64,000 bases of DNA. Source: Bacillota bacterium (GTDB lineage Bacteria > Bacillota > Clostridia > Christensenellales > SZUA-584). Under the pieces are notes generated by a model that was not told the origin of the DNA, made no database searches, and saw only the letters and a program-made list of their open reading frames with translations. Made by a program: the position numbers and the translations under genes. Below are positions 54,593 to 64,000 of the stretch, one piece after another. The stretch is taken from assembly GCA_023416745.1 (NCBI GenBank), contig JAEZHF010000072.1, forward strand, positions 3,914 through 67,913, given 5' to 3'. Every line of letters starts with the position of its first letter. The stretch's first letter is position 1.

Positions 54593-57259
54593 ATGGCAAA
54601 AGAGTTGGCCAAGGTTTACGAGCCCAAAGAGGTGGAACAGAGGCTGTATGACGAATGGCAGGAAAAAGGTTATTTCCACGCCGAGATAGATAAAGATAAG
54701 AAGCCGTATACCATTGTGATTCCGCCGCCAAACATCACGGGGCAGCTGCACATGGGACACGCGCTGGACAATATGATGCAGGACGCCATCATCCGGACCA
54801 AGCGAATGCAGGGGTACTGTGCACTGTGGCTTCCGGGCACCGATCACGCGAGCATCGCGACGGAGGTCAAGATCGTCGATAAGCTGCGCGAAGAAGGTAC
54901 GTCGAAAGAAGAGCTGGGACGTGAGAAGTTTATTGAACGCGCATGGGAGTGGCGGGCGCAATACGGCGGGCGCATTGTGGAACAGCTCAAGAAGCTGGGC
55001 TCCTCGTGTGACTGGGAACGCGAGCGTTTCACGATGGACGAGGGCTGTAACCGGGCGGTCAACGAGTTCTTCGTGCGGTTGTATAATAAAGGTTTGATTT
55101 ACAAGGGTGATCGCATCATCAACTGGTGCCCCGAGTGCGAAACGGCACTGTCGGACGCCGAAGTGGAATACGCGGAGCACGATTCGCATCTGTGGCACAT
55201 CCGCTATCCCGCGGAGGATGGCAGCGAAGGTATCGTCGTGGCGACCACGCGGCCCGAGACGATGCTGGGCGACACCGCTGTGGCGGTAAACCCCAAAGAC
55301 AAACGGTATAAGCATCTGGTGGGCAAGAACGTGATACTGCCCATCATGAACCGGCCCATCCCGGTCATCGCGGACGATTATGTGGACGCGTCCTTCGGCA
55401 CCGGCGCGGTAAAGATCACGCCTGCGCACGACCCCAATGACTTTGAGGTGGGCGAGCGGCACAACCTGCCCGTGATCCGCGTCCAGGACGACCGTGGCTA
55501 CATCAATGAAAACGGCGGAAAATATGCAGGCGTCAAGAAGGAACTGGCGCGTGTGCAAATCGTCGAGGAATTGCAGCAGCTGGACCTGATGGTCAAGATC
55601 GAGGACTACAAGCACAACGTGGGACACTGCTACCGCTGTGACACCACGGTGGAGCCCATCGTGTCCAAACAGTGGTTCGTGGCGATGAAGAGCCTCGCGG
55701 AACCCGCCATCGCGGCTGTCAGAAATGAGGACATCAAGTTTGTGCCCAAGCGCAGTGAAAACGTGTATTTCAACTGGCTCGAGAACATCCGCGACTGGTG
55801 CATCTCGCGCCAGTTGTGGTGGGGGCACCGCATACCGGCTTTTTACTGCACCAGCTGCGGCACGATGGTGGTGAACACCGAGATGCCCGACGTGTGCCCA
55901 AACTGCGGACATACACAGTTCACTCAGGATGAGGACGTGCTGGACACCTGGTTCTCCAGCGGCCTGTGGCCTTTTTCGACGCTGGGTTGGCCGGACAAGA
56001 CGCCGGAGCTGGAATACTTCTACCCGACCAACGTACTGGTGACGGGTTACGACATACTGTTCTTCTGGGTGGCGCGGATGATCATGTCCGGCCTAGAGTG
56101 CATGGGTGAGAAACCTTTTGAGTATGTGAGCATCCACGGCCTGGTGCGTGACGCACAGGGCCGCAAGATGAGCAAGTCGCTGGGCAACGGCATCGACCCG
56201 CTGGAGCTGATCGACGAATACGGCGCGGACGCACTGCGCTTCAGCCTCGCGGCGGGGGTGCGTATCGGCGGCGACCTGCGCTTCTCCAACGACAAGGTGC
56301 TGGCGGCGCGCAACTTCGCCAACAAGATATGGAACGCGGCTCGCTTCGTAATGATGAACACGGGCGACGAAGTGAAGCCCATCGACGAGACACGCCTCGA
56401 TATCGCGGATAAATGGATGCTGTCCCGCCTGACCGACATGGCGGAGGACATCACGTCGCTGATGGAGCGGTTCGAGCTGGGCATGGCGGCGCAGAAGCTG
56501 CACGACTTCCTGTGGAGCGAGCTGTGCGACTGGTACATTGAGATGGCCAAACCGCGCCTGACGGGAGAGGATGAGGCGGATAAGCAGACGGTGGTGTCTG
56601 TGCTGAACCACGCATTGGTAGTCACGATGAAGCTGCTGCACCCGTTCATGCCGTTCATCACGGAGGAGATATTCCAGACGCTGCCGGGTACTCAAGGCAG
56701 CATCATGGTGTCCGTATGGCCGACCGCGGAGAAGAAGTATAAAGCTGAGGAGAAGGCGATGGAAGCTGTGATGGAGATGATTCGCGGCATCCGCAACATC
56801 CGTGCTGAGATGTTTGTGCCAGCGAACAGGAAAGCTAAGCTGCTGCTGCTCACTTCGCCCGAAGCCAGGACGGACTATGAGATGTGCGTGCAGTACATCG
56901 AACGGCTGGCAACCGTTTCGGAAACCGTATGGATCAGCAACAAAGCAGATGTTCCCGCCAACGCCGTATCGGTCATTGGCACAGGTGCAGAAGCGTTCGT
57001 TCCCCTAGGCGACCTCATTGATATTGCCACAGAAATCGAGCGGCTTGTGGCGGAGGAAGCACGGCTGAATGGCGAGATTACGCGTGCGACAGGTAAACTC
57101 TCTAACGTTGGTTTCACAGCCAAAGCCCCTGCCACAGTGGTTCAGCAGGAGCGCGACAAGGTAGCCAAATACCGCGAACAGTTCGTTGCTACCCAACTGC
57201 GGCGCAGTAAGCTGCAGACCCACCTTGAAGGCCAATGGTTTGTGGAGACCACGGAATGA
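54593..57259 (+). CDS. valS: Valine--tRNA ligase
   Basis: HIGH-type PPNITGQLHMGH and KMSKS (RKMSKSLGN). C-terminal coiled coil. 888 aa. Confidence 0.95.
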   Translation: MAKELAKVYEPKEVEQRLYDEWQEKGYFHAEIDKDKKPYTIVIPPPNITGQLHMGHALDNMMQDAIIRTKRMQGYCALWLPGTDHASIATEVKIVDKLREEGTSKEELGREKFIERAWEWRAQYGGRIVEQLKKLGSSCDWERERFTMDEGCNRAVNEFFVRLYNKGLIYKGDRIINWCPECETALSDAEVEYAEHDSHLWHIRYPAEDGSEGIVVATTRPETMLGDTAVAVNPKDKRYKHLVGKNVILPIMNRPIPVIADDYVDASFGTGAVKITPAHDPNDFEVGERHNLPVIRVQDDRGYINENGGKYAGVKKELARVQIVEELQQLDLMVKIEDYKHNVGHCYRCDTTVEPIVSKQWFVAMKSLAEPAIAAVRNEDIKFVPKRSENVYFNWLENIRDWCISRQLWWGHRIPAFYCTSCGTMVVNTEMPDVCPNCGHTQFTQDEDVLDTWFSSGLWPFSTLGWPDKTPELEYFYPTNVLVTGYDILFFWVARMIMSGLECMGEKPFEYVSIHGLVRDAQGRKMSKSLGNGIDPLELIDEYGADALRFSLAAGVRIGGDLRFSNDKVLAARNFANKIWNAARFVMMNTGDEVKPIDETRLDIADKWMLSRLTDMAEDITSLMERFELGMAAQKLHDFLWSELCDWYIEMAKPRLTGEDEADKQTVVSVLNHALVVTMKLLHPFMPFITEEIFQTLPGTQGSIMVSVWPTAEKKYKAEEKAMEAVMEMIRGIRNIRAEMFVPANRKAKLLLLTSPEARTDYEMCVQYIERLATVSETVWISNKADVPANAVSVIGTGAEAFVPLGDLIDIATEIERLVAEEARLNGEITRATGKLSNVGFTAKAPATVVQQERDKVAKYREQFVATQLRRSKLQTHLEGQWFVETTE

Positions 57260-58371
57260 AATATATCCACATTGCGGGCACCAACGGCAAGGGGTCCGCA
57301 GCCGAATACATCTATCAGATCATCATGGCGGCGGGGGAAAACGCGGGTTGCTTCACCTCGCCGCATCTCGTTTCGCCCACGGAGCGAATGCGCGCGAATG
57401 GTCAGGAAATCAGTGTGGCGGAGCTGGATGCGTTGCTGAAAGAGGTGGAGCTAAAGAAGCTGGCGGTGAACGGTTCGCTGTTCGCAGCGTATACGGCGGC
57501 GGCTCTGCTGTGGTTTGAGCGAATGGGGCTTGAATATGCTGTGCTGGAAACAGGCCTTGGCGGACGGCTCGACCCGACCAATGTGGTGACACCTGAAGTG
57601 TCTGTGATTACGTCCATCGGATACGACCACATGGATGTGCTGGGAGGCACCCTTGAAAAAATCGCGTCAGAAAAAGCGGGAATAATTAAAGAAGGTGTGC
57701 CGGTAGTGTCCGCACGGCAGCTGCCCGAAGCGGAATTGCTAATACGCAAAACCTGTGCGAAAAAAGGGTGCGCCCTGGATTATGTAGATAATGTGAAGGT
57801 ACTGGATTCCTCGCTGATGGGTCAGACGTTTGAATCAGGCGGGCGGCAGTATCACATACGCGGTATTGGCGAGATGCAGCCGGAGGCCGCGGCGCTAGCC
57901 GCTTTGGCCGCGCGCGAGATGGGCTTCGGCGAGTATGCGATACAAAAAGGCCTAGCCCGCACCGTCATACCCTGTCGCACGCAGTATATTCCCGGCACGC
58001 CGGACATGCTGCTGGACGGCGCGCACAACGGTCCGGCAGTCGCCTCTCTGTGCCGCACGCTGGATAGACTCTTTGCAGACAGAAAAAAGGTGCTGCTTTT
58101 TGCCTGCATGAAGGATAAGGATTACGCCGGCATGGTGGAACAACTGGCTGCACGTTTTGAGCGGGTTTTAGTGACCAGTGTTGACACGGCCCGCGGGGCA
58201 GATATAAATATATTGGAAGATATGTTCTGCAGGCATAGCATTAGTGAAGCCATCAGTGAACCGCTTTTAGCCTATGAAAAAGCGAAGGAAGACGCTCGGA
58301 CAAAAGACAATCTTTTGGTCGTCTGCGGTTCTTTTTATCTGGCAGGTAAGATACATTGTATTCTGAACTGA
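57256..58371 (+). CDS. folC: Folylpolyglutamate synthase / dihydrofolate synthase
   Basis: ATGA overlap with the valS stop. Mur-ligase P-loop GTNGKGS. The valS-folC linkage is typical of Firmicutes. Confidence 0.85.
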   Translation: MKYIHIAGTNGKGSAAEYIYQIIMAAGENAGCFTSPHLVSPTERMRANGQEISVAELDALLKEVELKKLAVNGSLFAAYTAAALLWFERMGLEYAVLETGLGGRLDPTNVVTPEVSVITSIGYDHMDVLGGTLEKIASEKAGIIKEGVPVVSARQLPEAELLIRKTCAKKGCALDYVDNVKVLDSSLMGQTFESGGRQYHIRGIGEMQPEAAALAALAAREMGFGEYAIQKGLARTVIPCRTQYIPGTPDMLLDGAHNGPAVASLCRTLDRLFADRKKVLLFACMKDKDYAGMVEQLAARFERVLVTSVDTARGADINILEDMFCRHSISEAISEPLLAYEKAKEDARTKDNLLVVCGSFYLAGKIHCILN

Positions 58372-58385
58372 CATCAGCACATACT

Positions 58386-58406
58386 AGAGCCGAAATGGGC
58401 TCTTTT
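58386..58406 (+). terminator. Intrinsic terminator after folC
   Basis: AGAGCC pairs with GGCTCT, followed by TTTCTT. Confidence 0.5.
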
Positions 58407-58431
58407 CTTATGAAAAATAGTATGGCCCATG

Positions 58432-58461
58432 TTGACATACGCACCTCATCGATGTTACTAT
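58432..58461 (+). promoter_or_regulatory. Promoter of the 2-oxoacid dehydrogenase operon
   Basis: TTGACA, 18 nt, TGtTACTAT (extended -10). Confidence 0.45.
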
Positions 58462-58537
58462 ACAACATATACGGTGTTACTTTTTATCATTAATGAGCAT
58501 AATATTTGCAATATACATGTTAATTGGAGGATCGACA

Positions 58538-59875
58538 ATGGCTGTTGGAGTGATAATGCCCAGGCAAGGGCAGTCCGTGGAAAGCTGCATCATCGAGCTG
58601 CGCGTTAAAGAAGGCGACAAGGTGAACGTGGGGGACATTCTTTTCGGCTACGAGACCGACAAAGCGTCGTTTGAGGAGGAAAGTCCGGCGGCGGGCATTG
58701 TACTCAAGCTGCTCGTCAATGACGGGGATGATGTGCCGTGCCTCGATACGGTGCTGGTGATCGGCGATGAAGGAGAGGATATTTCTGCTCTCGTTCCGGG
58801 CGGTTCAGCTCCGGCAATTGTTAAGGAAGAAGCAAAACCAGAAGCCGCTCCTGCGGCGTCGGCGGCAGTCGCTGCTCCGGTGTCAACAGCTACGGCGGAC
58901 AGCGGCTTGAAAATATCGCCCCGCGCCAAAAACGAAGCGGAACGGCAAAACCTCGATTTGTCCAAAGCGGTGCCCACCGGCCCGAACGGCCGAATCACCG
59001 AACGCGATGTGATGGTGCTGGCGGAAAAGGGCTACAAGGTGACCGCAGCAGCCGCGCTGGACTATGCAGGCGGCAAAGAAGGTTCCGGCCTCGGCGGCGC
59101 TGTGACCACATCGGATCTTTCGGCGGAGGCTCCGGCTGCTGCTTCTGTGCCGGCGGCAGCATCAATTATGTCTGAAGCAGAATATACGGATACCAAGTTG
59201 ACGAATATCCGAAAAGTGATCTCGAAGTCGATGCACGCGTCTTTGGCGGAGCTGGCGCAGCTCACCAACCACACCAGCTTCGACGCCACGGCTATACTCG
59301 CTTTCCGCGAACGCGTTAAGGCCAATGCAGAAAAGCTGGGTCTGCCCAACATCACGCTTAATGACATCATACTGTACGCGGTGTCCCGAACGCTGAAAAA
59401 GCACCCCGATCTTAACTCGCATTATCTGAATGGCGATACAATGCGGCATTTCTCGCAAGTGAGCCTTGGCATGGCGGTGGATACTGAGCGCGGTCTGCTG
59501 GTTCCCACGCTTTTTGGCGCGGACACGCTGTCGCTGGCGGATATCTCCCGTAAGGCTAAGGAACTGGCGGTCAGCGCACAGTCCGGACGCATCTCGCCCG
59601 ACCTGCTGACCGGCGGTACATTTACCATCAGCAACCTCGGCGCCATGGGCATCGAAATGTTCACGCCCATCATCAACCCCCCGCAGACGGGAATCCTTGG
59701 TGTGTGCAGCGTGGTTTATAGCCAGAAGAAGGTGGGGGATAGTTTTATCACCTATCCGGCGATGGGTCTGTCACTGACGTACGACCATCGTGTGGTGGAC
59801 GGCGCGCCCGCCTCCCGATTCCTGAAGGACTTGTGCGAGGCGCTGGAAAACTTCGATATACTGCTTGCAAAATAA
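58538..59875 (+). CDS. Dihydrolipoamide acyltransferase (E2 component)
   Basis: SD GGAGGA upstream. Lipoyl domain with ETDKA, an Ala/Pro linker, a subunit-binding domain (ISPRAKN) and the catalytic DHRVVDG. Confidence 0.9.
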   Translation: MAVGVIMPRQGQSVESCIIELRVKEGDKVNVGDILFGYETDKASFEEESPAAGIVLKLLVNDGDDVPCLDTVLVIGDEGEDISALVPGGSAPAIVKEEAKPEAAPAASAAVAAPVSTATADSGLKISPRAKNEAERQNLDLSKAVPTGPNGRITERDVMVLAEKGYKVTAAAALDYAGGKEGSGLGGAVTTSDLSAEAPAAASVPAAASIMSEAEYTDTKLTNIRKVISKSMHASLAELAQLTNHTSFDATAILAFRERVKANAEKLGLPNITLNDIILYAVSRTLKKHPDLNSHYLNGDTMRHFSQVSLGMAVDTERGLLVPTLFGADTLSLADISRKAKELAVSAQSGRISPDLLTGGTFTISNLGAMGIEMFTPIINPPQTGILGVCSVVYSQKKVGDSFITYPAMGLSLTYDHRVVDGAPASRFLKDLCEALENFDILLAK

Positions 59876-59887
59876 GAGGTGACAACC

Positions 59888-61252
59888 ATGGTATATGATC
59901 TGATCGTGATCGGCGGCGGCCCCGCCGGTTATCTGGGGGCGGAGCGTGCGGGGCATGCGGGGCTCAAAACGCTGGTGTTCGAGCAGCGCAGCCTCGGCGG
60001 CGTGTGCCTGAACGAAGGCTGCATCCCCACCAAGACGCTGCTGTATGCCGCCAAGCTCAAAGACGGCGCGGCGCACGGCGAAGCATTCGGCGTGAAGGTC
60101 ACGGATGCGAAGCTGGACCAGCCCGTTGTCATCGCCCGCAAGAACAAGGTTGTCAAAGCGCTGGTTTCCGGAGTGGAAGCTACGCTCAAGGGTGCTCACG
60201 TGACCACAGTGAAGGCAGCTGCGCGTATCACCGGCAAAACGGAGGAGGGCTTCACTGTCACGGACGGCAGTGAGACATATATCGGCAAACGGCTTCTCAT
60301 CGCGACGGGTTCGGCTCCGGCAGTGCCGCCCATCCCCGGCCTGAAGGAAGCCATCGACAAGGGCTTCGTGCTGACCAGCCGTGAAATGCTTGATCTCACT
60401 GAGGTTCCTGCAAAGCTTGTCGTCATCGGTGGCGGCGTGATCGGCCTTGAAATGGCGAGCTATTTCAATTCGGCAGGTTCGGACGTGACTGTCATCGAAA
60501 TGCTCAGCGCCATCGGCGGCCCCATTGACGCGGATATCGCCGAGATACTGAAGAAGAACCTTGCCAAGAAGGGTATTAAGTTCCAGCTGGGCTGCCGCGT
60601 GACGGGTATTTCGGGCAAGGTGGAATACACTGACGCACAGGGAAAAGCCGCAGCGGCTGAGGCTGACAGGGTGCTGCTGTCCATCGGACGGCGGCCTGTA
60701 TCGGAAAACATCGGGCTTGAAACCATCGGCGTCCTGACGGAACGCGGCGCGATAAAAACGAGCGAGACGCTGCAGACCAACATCCCGAACGTGTACGCGG
60801 CGGGCGATGTAAACGGCCAGTCGCTGCTGGCGCACACCGCTTACCGCGAAGCCGAAGTGGCGGTGAACCACATGACGGGCATGAAGGACAAAATGCGCTA
60901 CAGCGCTATACCCTCCGTTATTTACACCAGCCCGGAGGTTGCGGGCGTGGGCGTCACTGAAGCGTCAGCGAAGGACAAGGGGCTGGACGTGACCGTGAAA
61001 ACCATTCCGATGAACTTCTCGGGGCGTTATCTCGCCGAGAACGAGCGCGGCGACGGCATTATGAAGGTCGTGGTGGACAACAAATGGCATAAACTGATCG
61101 GCGTTCACATGATCGGCTCGTACGCTTCCGAGATCATATACGGCGCAGGCCTGATGATCGAGAAGGAAATGACGATAAACGAAATCAAACAGCTGGTATT
61201 TCCGCATCCCACGGTGTGCGAAGCGCTCCGGGAAGCCATCTTCCAGCTGTAG
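59888..61252 (+). CDS. lpdA: Dihydrolipoyl dehydrogenase (E3 component)
   Basis: GGGPAGY and the redox-disulfide motif GGVCLNEGCIPTK. C-terminal HPT motif. Confidence 0.9.
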   Translation: MVYDLIVIGGGPAGYLGAERAGHAGLKTLVFEQRSLGGVCLNEGCIPTKTLLYAAKLKDGAAHGEAFGVKVTDAKLDQPVVIARKNKVVKALVSGVEATLKGAHVTTVKAAARITGKTEEGFTVTDGSETYIGKRLLIATGSAPAVPPIPGLKEAIDKGFVLTSREMLDLTEVPAKLVVIGGGVIGLEMASYFNSAGSDVTVIEMLSAIGGPIDADIAEILKKNLAKKGIKFQLGCRVTGISGKVEYTDAQGKAAAAEADRVLLSIGRRPVSENIGLETIGVLTERGAIKTSETLQTNIPNVYAAGDVNGQSLLAHTAYREAEVAVNHMTGMKDKMRYSAIPSVIYTSPEVAGVGVTEASAKDKGLDVTVKTIPMNFSGRYLAENERGDGIMKVVVDNKWHKLIGVHMIGSYASEIIYGAGLMIEKEMTINEIKQLVFPHPTVCEALREAIFQL

Positions 61253-61282
61253 AATTATGAAAAACATTTAAGGAGTTTGGGC

Positions 61283-63754
61283 ATGACAAAGTGTTTAATC
61301 GTTGACCCTAACAAGGAAAGAAAACCGGGAAAGATCAGCTTTCGCGATATCCCGATGAACGTGTACCAGAAGACTGTTGCGGACGAGAAGAACAACTACA
61401 CCAAGGAAGAATTCCTGCGCATGTACCGCGACATGCTCGTCGTACGCGAGTTTGAGACCATGCTCAACCTCGTCAAAACCACGGGCGAATATGAAGGCAT
61501 CGCCTACAACCAGCCGGGCCCGGCTCATTTGGGCATCGGTCAGGAAGCCGCGTATGTGGGCCAGGCGTTCGGTCTCACTATCAACGACTATACCTTCGGC
61601 TCGCACAGAAGTCACGGTGAAATACTCGCCAAGGGCCTCTCAGCAATCGCCCAGCTGCCGGATGCGGAGCTCATGAATATCATGAAGAACTTTTTTAGCG
61701 GCGAGACATTCGCGGTGATCGAAAAGACGACCAAGGCCACCAGCGTGAAGGATATGGCGATCCAGTTCCTGATCTACGGTACGCTGGCGGAGATCTGGGC
61801 CAAGCAGACGGGCTTTAATCGCGGCCTCGGCGGCTCGATGCACGCGTTCTTCATTCCATTCGGTATATTCCCTAACAACGCCATCGTAGGCGGCAGTGCA
61901 GACATTGCCACGGGCGCGGCGCTGTACAAGCGCGTCAACAAAAAGGACGGTCTCGTTGTGTGCAACATCGGCGACGGCAGCATCGGCTGCGGCCCGGTCT
62001 ACGAGGCGATGAACTTCGCCGCGATGGACCAGCTGCGCCTGCTCTGGGACGAGGAGCACAAGGGCGGCCTGCCGATCATATACAACATTTTCAACAACTT
62101 CTACGGTATGGGCGGACAGACCTGCGGCGAGACCATGGCATACAACGAAGTGGCGCGTCTGGGCGCGGGCGTGACGCCCAGCCAGATGCATGCGGAGCGC
62201 GTGGACGGCTACAATCCGCTGGCCGTGATCGATGCATACCGCCGTAAACGCAGCATCATCGAAAACCACGAAGGTCCGGTGCTGCTCGACGTACTGACTT
62301 ACCGCTTCTCGGGACACAGTCCTTCGGACGCATCGGCTTACCGCTCAAAAGAAGAAGTCGATATGTGGAAGGAATTCGATTCCATCGTGACATTCCGCGG
62401 GCAGCTCACCAAGGCTGCCGTGGCGACGGACGCCGAGCTGGACGGTATCGAAGCCTACGTCAAAGGCGAAATTCTCAACGCTGTCAAGCTGGCGAAGGAC
62501 GACGCGCTCTCGCCGCGCATGAACCTCGATAAAACGCCGGATATCATTGCAGACATGATGTTCTCGGGCGGCCATGTGAAAAGCATGGATACGACGAGGA
62601 AACCGGACGCACTTCAGGCCAAGGAAGAGAATGCCCATGTGCAGCAGCTCACCAAAAAAGTCCGTTTTGCGTATGAGGCGGACGGCAAGCCGGTCTCCAA
62701 AAACAAGGTCTATCAGTACAGGGACGCCATTTTTGAGGCGATCATCGATAAATATTACGAAGACCCGACGCTAACCTCCTATGGCGAAGATGTACGCGAA
62801 TGGGGCGGTCCGTTTGCGGTATACCGCGGACTGGCCGACTGCATGCCGTATCACCGGCTGTTCAACGCTCCCATTTCTGAAGGCGCCATTGTCGGAACTG
62901 CGGTAGGTTACGCTATGGCAGGCGGCCGCGTGATCGCCGAGCTGATGTATACTGACTTTCTGGGCCGCGCGGGAGACCAGGTGTTCAACCAGTTGAGCAA
63001 GTGGCAGTCGATGAGCGCTGGCATTTTGAAGATGCCCTGCGTGCTCCGTATGTCTGTCGGCTCCAAATATGGTGCGCAGCACTCGCAGGACTGGTCCGCG
63101 CTATGTACGCATATTCCCGGCCTTAAGGTTGTGTTCCCGGCGACCCCGTACGACGCCAAGGGTCTGATGGCCGCGGCGCTTAACGGCACCGATCCGGTAA
63201 TCTTCCTTGAAAGCCAGCGCATCTACGATATTGGCGAGCAGTTCCACAAAGGCGGTGTGCCGGCAGAATCATACGAGGTGGAAATCGGCGAACCCGACGT
63301 AAAGGTGTCCGGCAGCGATGTGACGATACTGTCCATCGGCGCAACGCTTTACCGCGTGATGGAAGCCGCCCAGCTGTTCAAGGCTCATGGCATCAGCGCC
63401 GAGGTGATCGACGCGCGCAGCCTGGTACCGTTCAACTACGAGAAGGTGATTGAATCCGTCAAGAAGACGGGCCGCATCATCATCACGGGCGATGCCTGCG
63501 AGCGCGGCTCCCACCTCAACGACTTCGCGCGCAACATCACCGAGCTGGCGTTCGACTATCTGGACGCGCCGCCGGTCGTGGTGGGTGCAAAGAACTGGAT
63601 CACGCCGGCGCACGAGCTGGAGGATTACTTCTTCCCGCAGGCGTTCTGGCTGGTGGATGCTTTTCACGAGAAGCTTGCGCCCATCAATGGCTACACTGCC
63701 AAGCACAATTTCACTGAGCTGGAGCAGATACGCAACAACAAGCGTGGAGTTTGA
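61283..63754 (+). CDS. 2-oxoacid dehydrogenase E1 component, fused alpha-beta subunits (TPP-dependent)
   Basis: The N-terminal half has the TPP motif GDGSIGCGPVYEAMNFA. The C-terminal half is transketolase-pyrimidine/C-terminal-like (E1 beta). About 823 aa in a single ORF. Confidence 0.85.
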   Translation: MTKCLIVDPNKERKPGKISFRDIPMNVYQKTVADEKNNYTKEEFLRMYRDMLVVREFETMLNLVKTTGEYEGIAYNQPGPAHLGIGQEAAYVGQAFGLTINDYTFGSHRSHGEILAKGLSAIAQLPDAELMNIMKNFFSGETFAVIEKTTKATSVKDMAIQFLIYGTLAEIWAKQTGFNRGLGGSMHAFFIPFGIFPNNAIVGGSADIATGAALYKRVNKKDGLVVCNIGDGSIGCGPVYEAMNFAAMDQLRLLWDEEHKGGLPIIYNIFNNFYGMGGQTCGETMAYNEVARLGAGVTPSQMHAERVDGYNPLAVIDAYRRKRSIIENHEGPVLLDVLTYRFSGHSPSDASAYRSKEEVDMWKEFDSIVTFRGQLTKAAVATDAELDGIEAYVKGEILNAVKLAKDDALSPRMNLDKTPDIIADMMFSGGHVKSMDTTRKPDALQAKEENAHVQQLTKKVRFAYEADGKPVSKNKVYQYRDAIFEAIIDKYYEDPTLTSYGEDVREWGGPFAVYRGLADCMPYHRLFNAPISEGAIVGTAVGYAMAGGRVIAELMYTDFLGRAGDQVFNQLSKWQSMSAGILKMPCVLRMSVGSKYGAQHSQDWSALCTHIPGLKVVFPATPYDAKGLMAAALNGTDPVIFLESQRIYDIGEQFHKGGVPAESYEVEIGEPDVKVSGSDVTILSIGATLYRVMEAAQLFKAHGISAEVIDARSLVPFNYEKVIESVKKTGRIIITGDACERGSHLNDFARNITELAFDYLDAPPVVVGAKNWITPAHELEDYFFPQAFWLVDAFHEKLAPINGYTAKHNFTELEQIRNNKRGV

Positions 63755-63795
63755 TCTTACGCAGTTTCCAAACATTTAAAGTATATCTCCTTTTG

Positions 63796-63826
63796 AAGGG
63801 TGGTTGATGATTTAACCGCCCTTTTT
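63796..63826 (+). terminator. Intrinsic terminator of the dehydrogenase operon
   Basis: AAGGGTGG pairs with CCGCCCTT (one G-U pair), followed by TTTTT. Confidence 0.65.
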
Positions 63827-63859
63827 GTGTGATGTAACAAAATCGTTGAAGATACCCCT

Positions 63860-64000
63860 GTGCTGGGCAATCTGTTTTTTCAGAATACGTATATCACAAC
63901 TTACCTTGGCATACTGATATTGGTCGTTGCGGCTGTCATACTGTATAAAACGAAGTTCGGACTGCGCCTGCGCGCATGCGGCGAGCATCCGCAAGCAGCC
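63860..64000 (+). pseudogene. Possible 5'-truncated ABC permease fragment (BPD_transp_2 / sugar-nucleoside type), running off the window
   Basis: The frame is open to the window edge. Its translation ...YLGILILVVAAVILYKTKFGLRLRACGEHPQAA matches the mid-protein motif T.FG.RLRA.GE.P.AA of these permeases. An in-frame TGA at 63830 and the terminator leave no room for the N-terminal half. Confidence 0.3.

Noticed and set aside
63812-63994. 60-aa minus-strand ORF at the window end.
   Set aside because: It has no SD and an odd composition. The opposite strand carries a recognisable ABC-permease motif in an open frame.
1-64000. Search for CRISPR arrays, tRNA or rRNA genes, IS elements, integrases, prophage genes and toxin-antitoxin pairs.
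   Set aside because: I saw no regularly spaced direct repeats, no tRNA T-arm-type GGTTCGAATCC-like motifs in intergenic DNA, and no transposase-, integrase- or phage-like ORFs. An eye scan of 64 kb is not exhaustive, so tRNAscan, Infernal and CRISPR finders should confirm this.

Overview
A 64-kb chromosomal segment that looks like a moderately GC-rich Gram-positive, Clostridia-type genome. The pointers are a T-box leader, TRAP/mtrB, a YjcZ-like Gly/Cys-rich tiny protein, a Clostridium-style type IV pilus operon and strong AGGAGG ribosome-binding sites. I support about 57 protein genes. I saw no rRNA, tRNA, CRISPR array, transposase, integrase or prophage genes.

Most of the window is housekeeping:
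- Central and amino-acid metabolism, tRNA synthetases and modification: gpmI, thrC, trpS, valS, tadA, folC.
- DNA replication and repair: rmuC, dnaE, recQ.
- Other: ferritin, csp, and a 2-oxoacid dehydrogenase operon.

The parts worth a second look are:
1. A locus at 7.8-13.7 kb that resembles the flavin-based extracellular electron transfer (EET) module. It has an ApbE/FmnB-like flavin transferase, a PplA-like lipoprotein with a duplicated FMN_bind-like domain, an NDH-2 fused to a DoxX-like membrane domain, and a polyprenyl synthase.
2. A complete 10.4-kb type IV pilus operon (pilB-T-C-A-D, three minor pilins, pilM-N-O). It includes a large beta-helix PilX-like protein and an anomalous pilC start.
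3. An orphan TRAP (mtrB) gene in a three-gene operon that has no trp or folE genes.
4. A stand-alone 80-aa Gly/Cys-rich, internally duplicated tiny membrane protein.
5. Tandem patatin-like paralogs, the second lacking the serine nucleophile.
6. A signalling protein with degenerate GGDEF and HD-GYP-like domains.
7. A CoA-disulfide-reductase/rhodanese gene whose rhodanese cysteine is replaced by serine. It is followed by an ArsR regulator and a LOR/SDH-like gene, behind a promoter region carrying three copies of ATCCAAATT-type motifs.

I found no clear, wholly novel multi-gene system. The calls above are the best candidates and most are inferences from motifs read by eye. Start codons were chosen from Shine-Dalgarno placement and family N-termini and may be off by a few codons.
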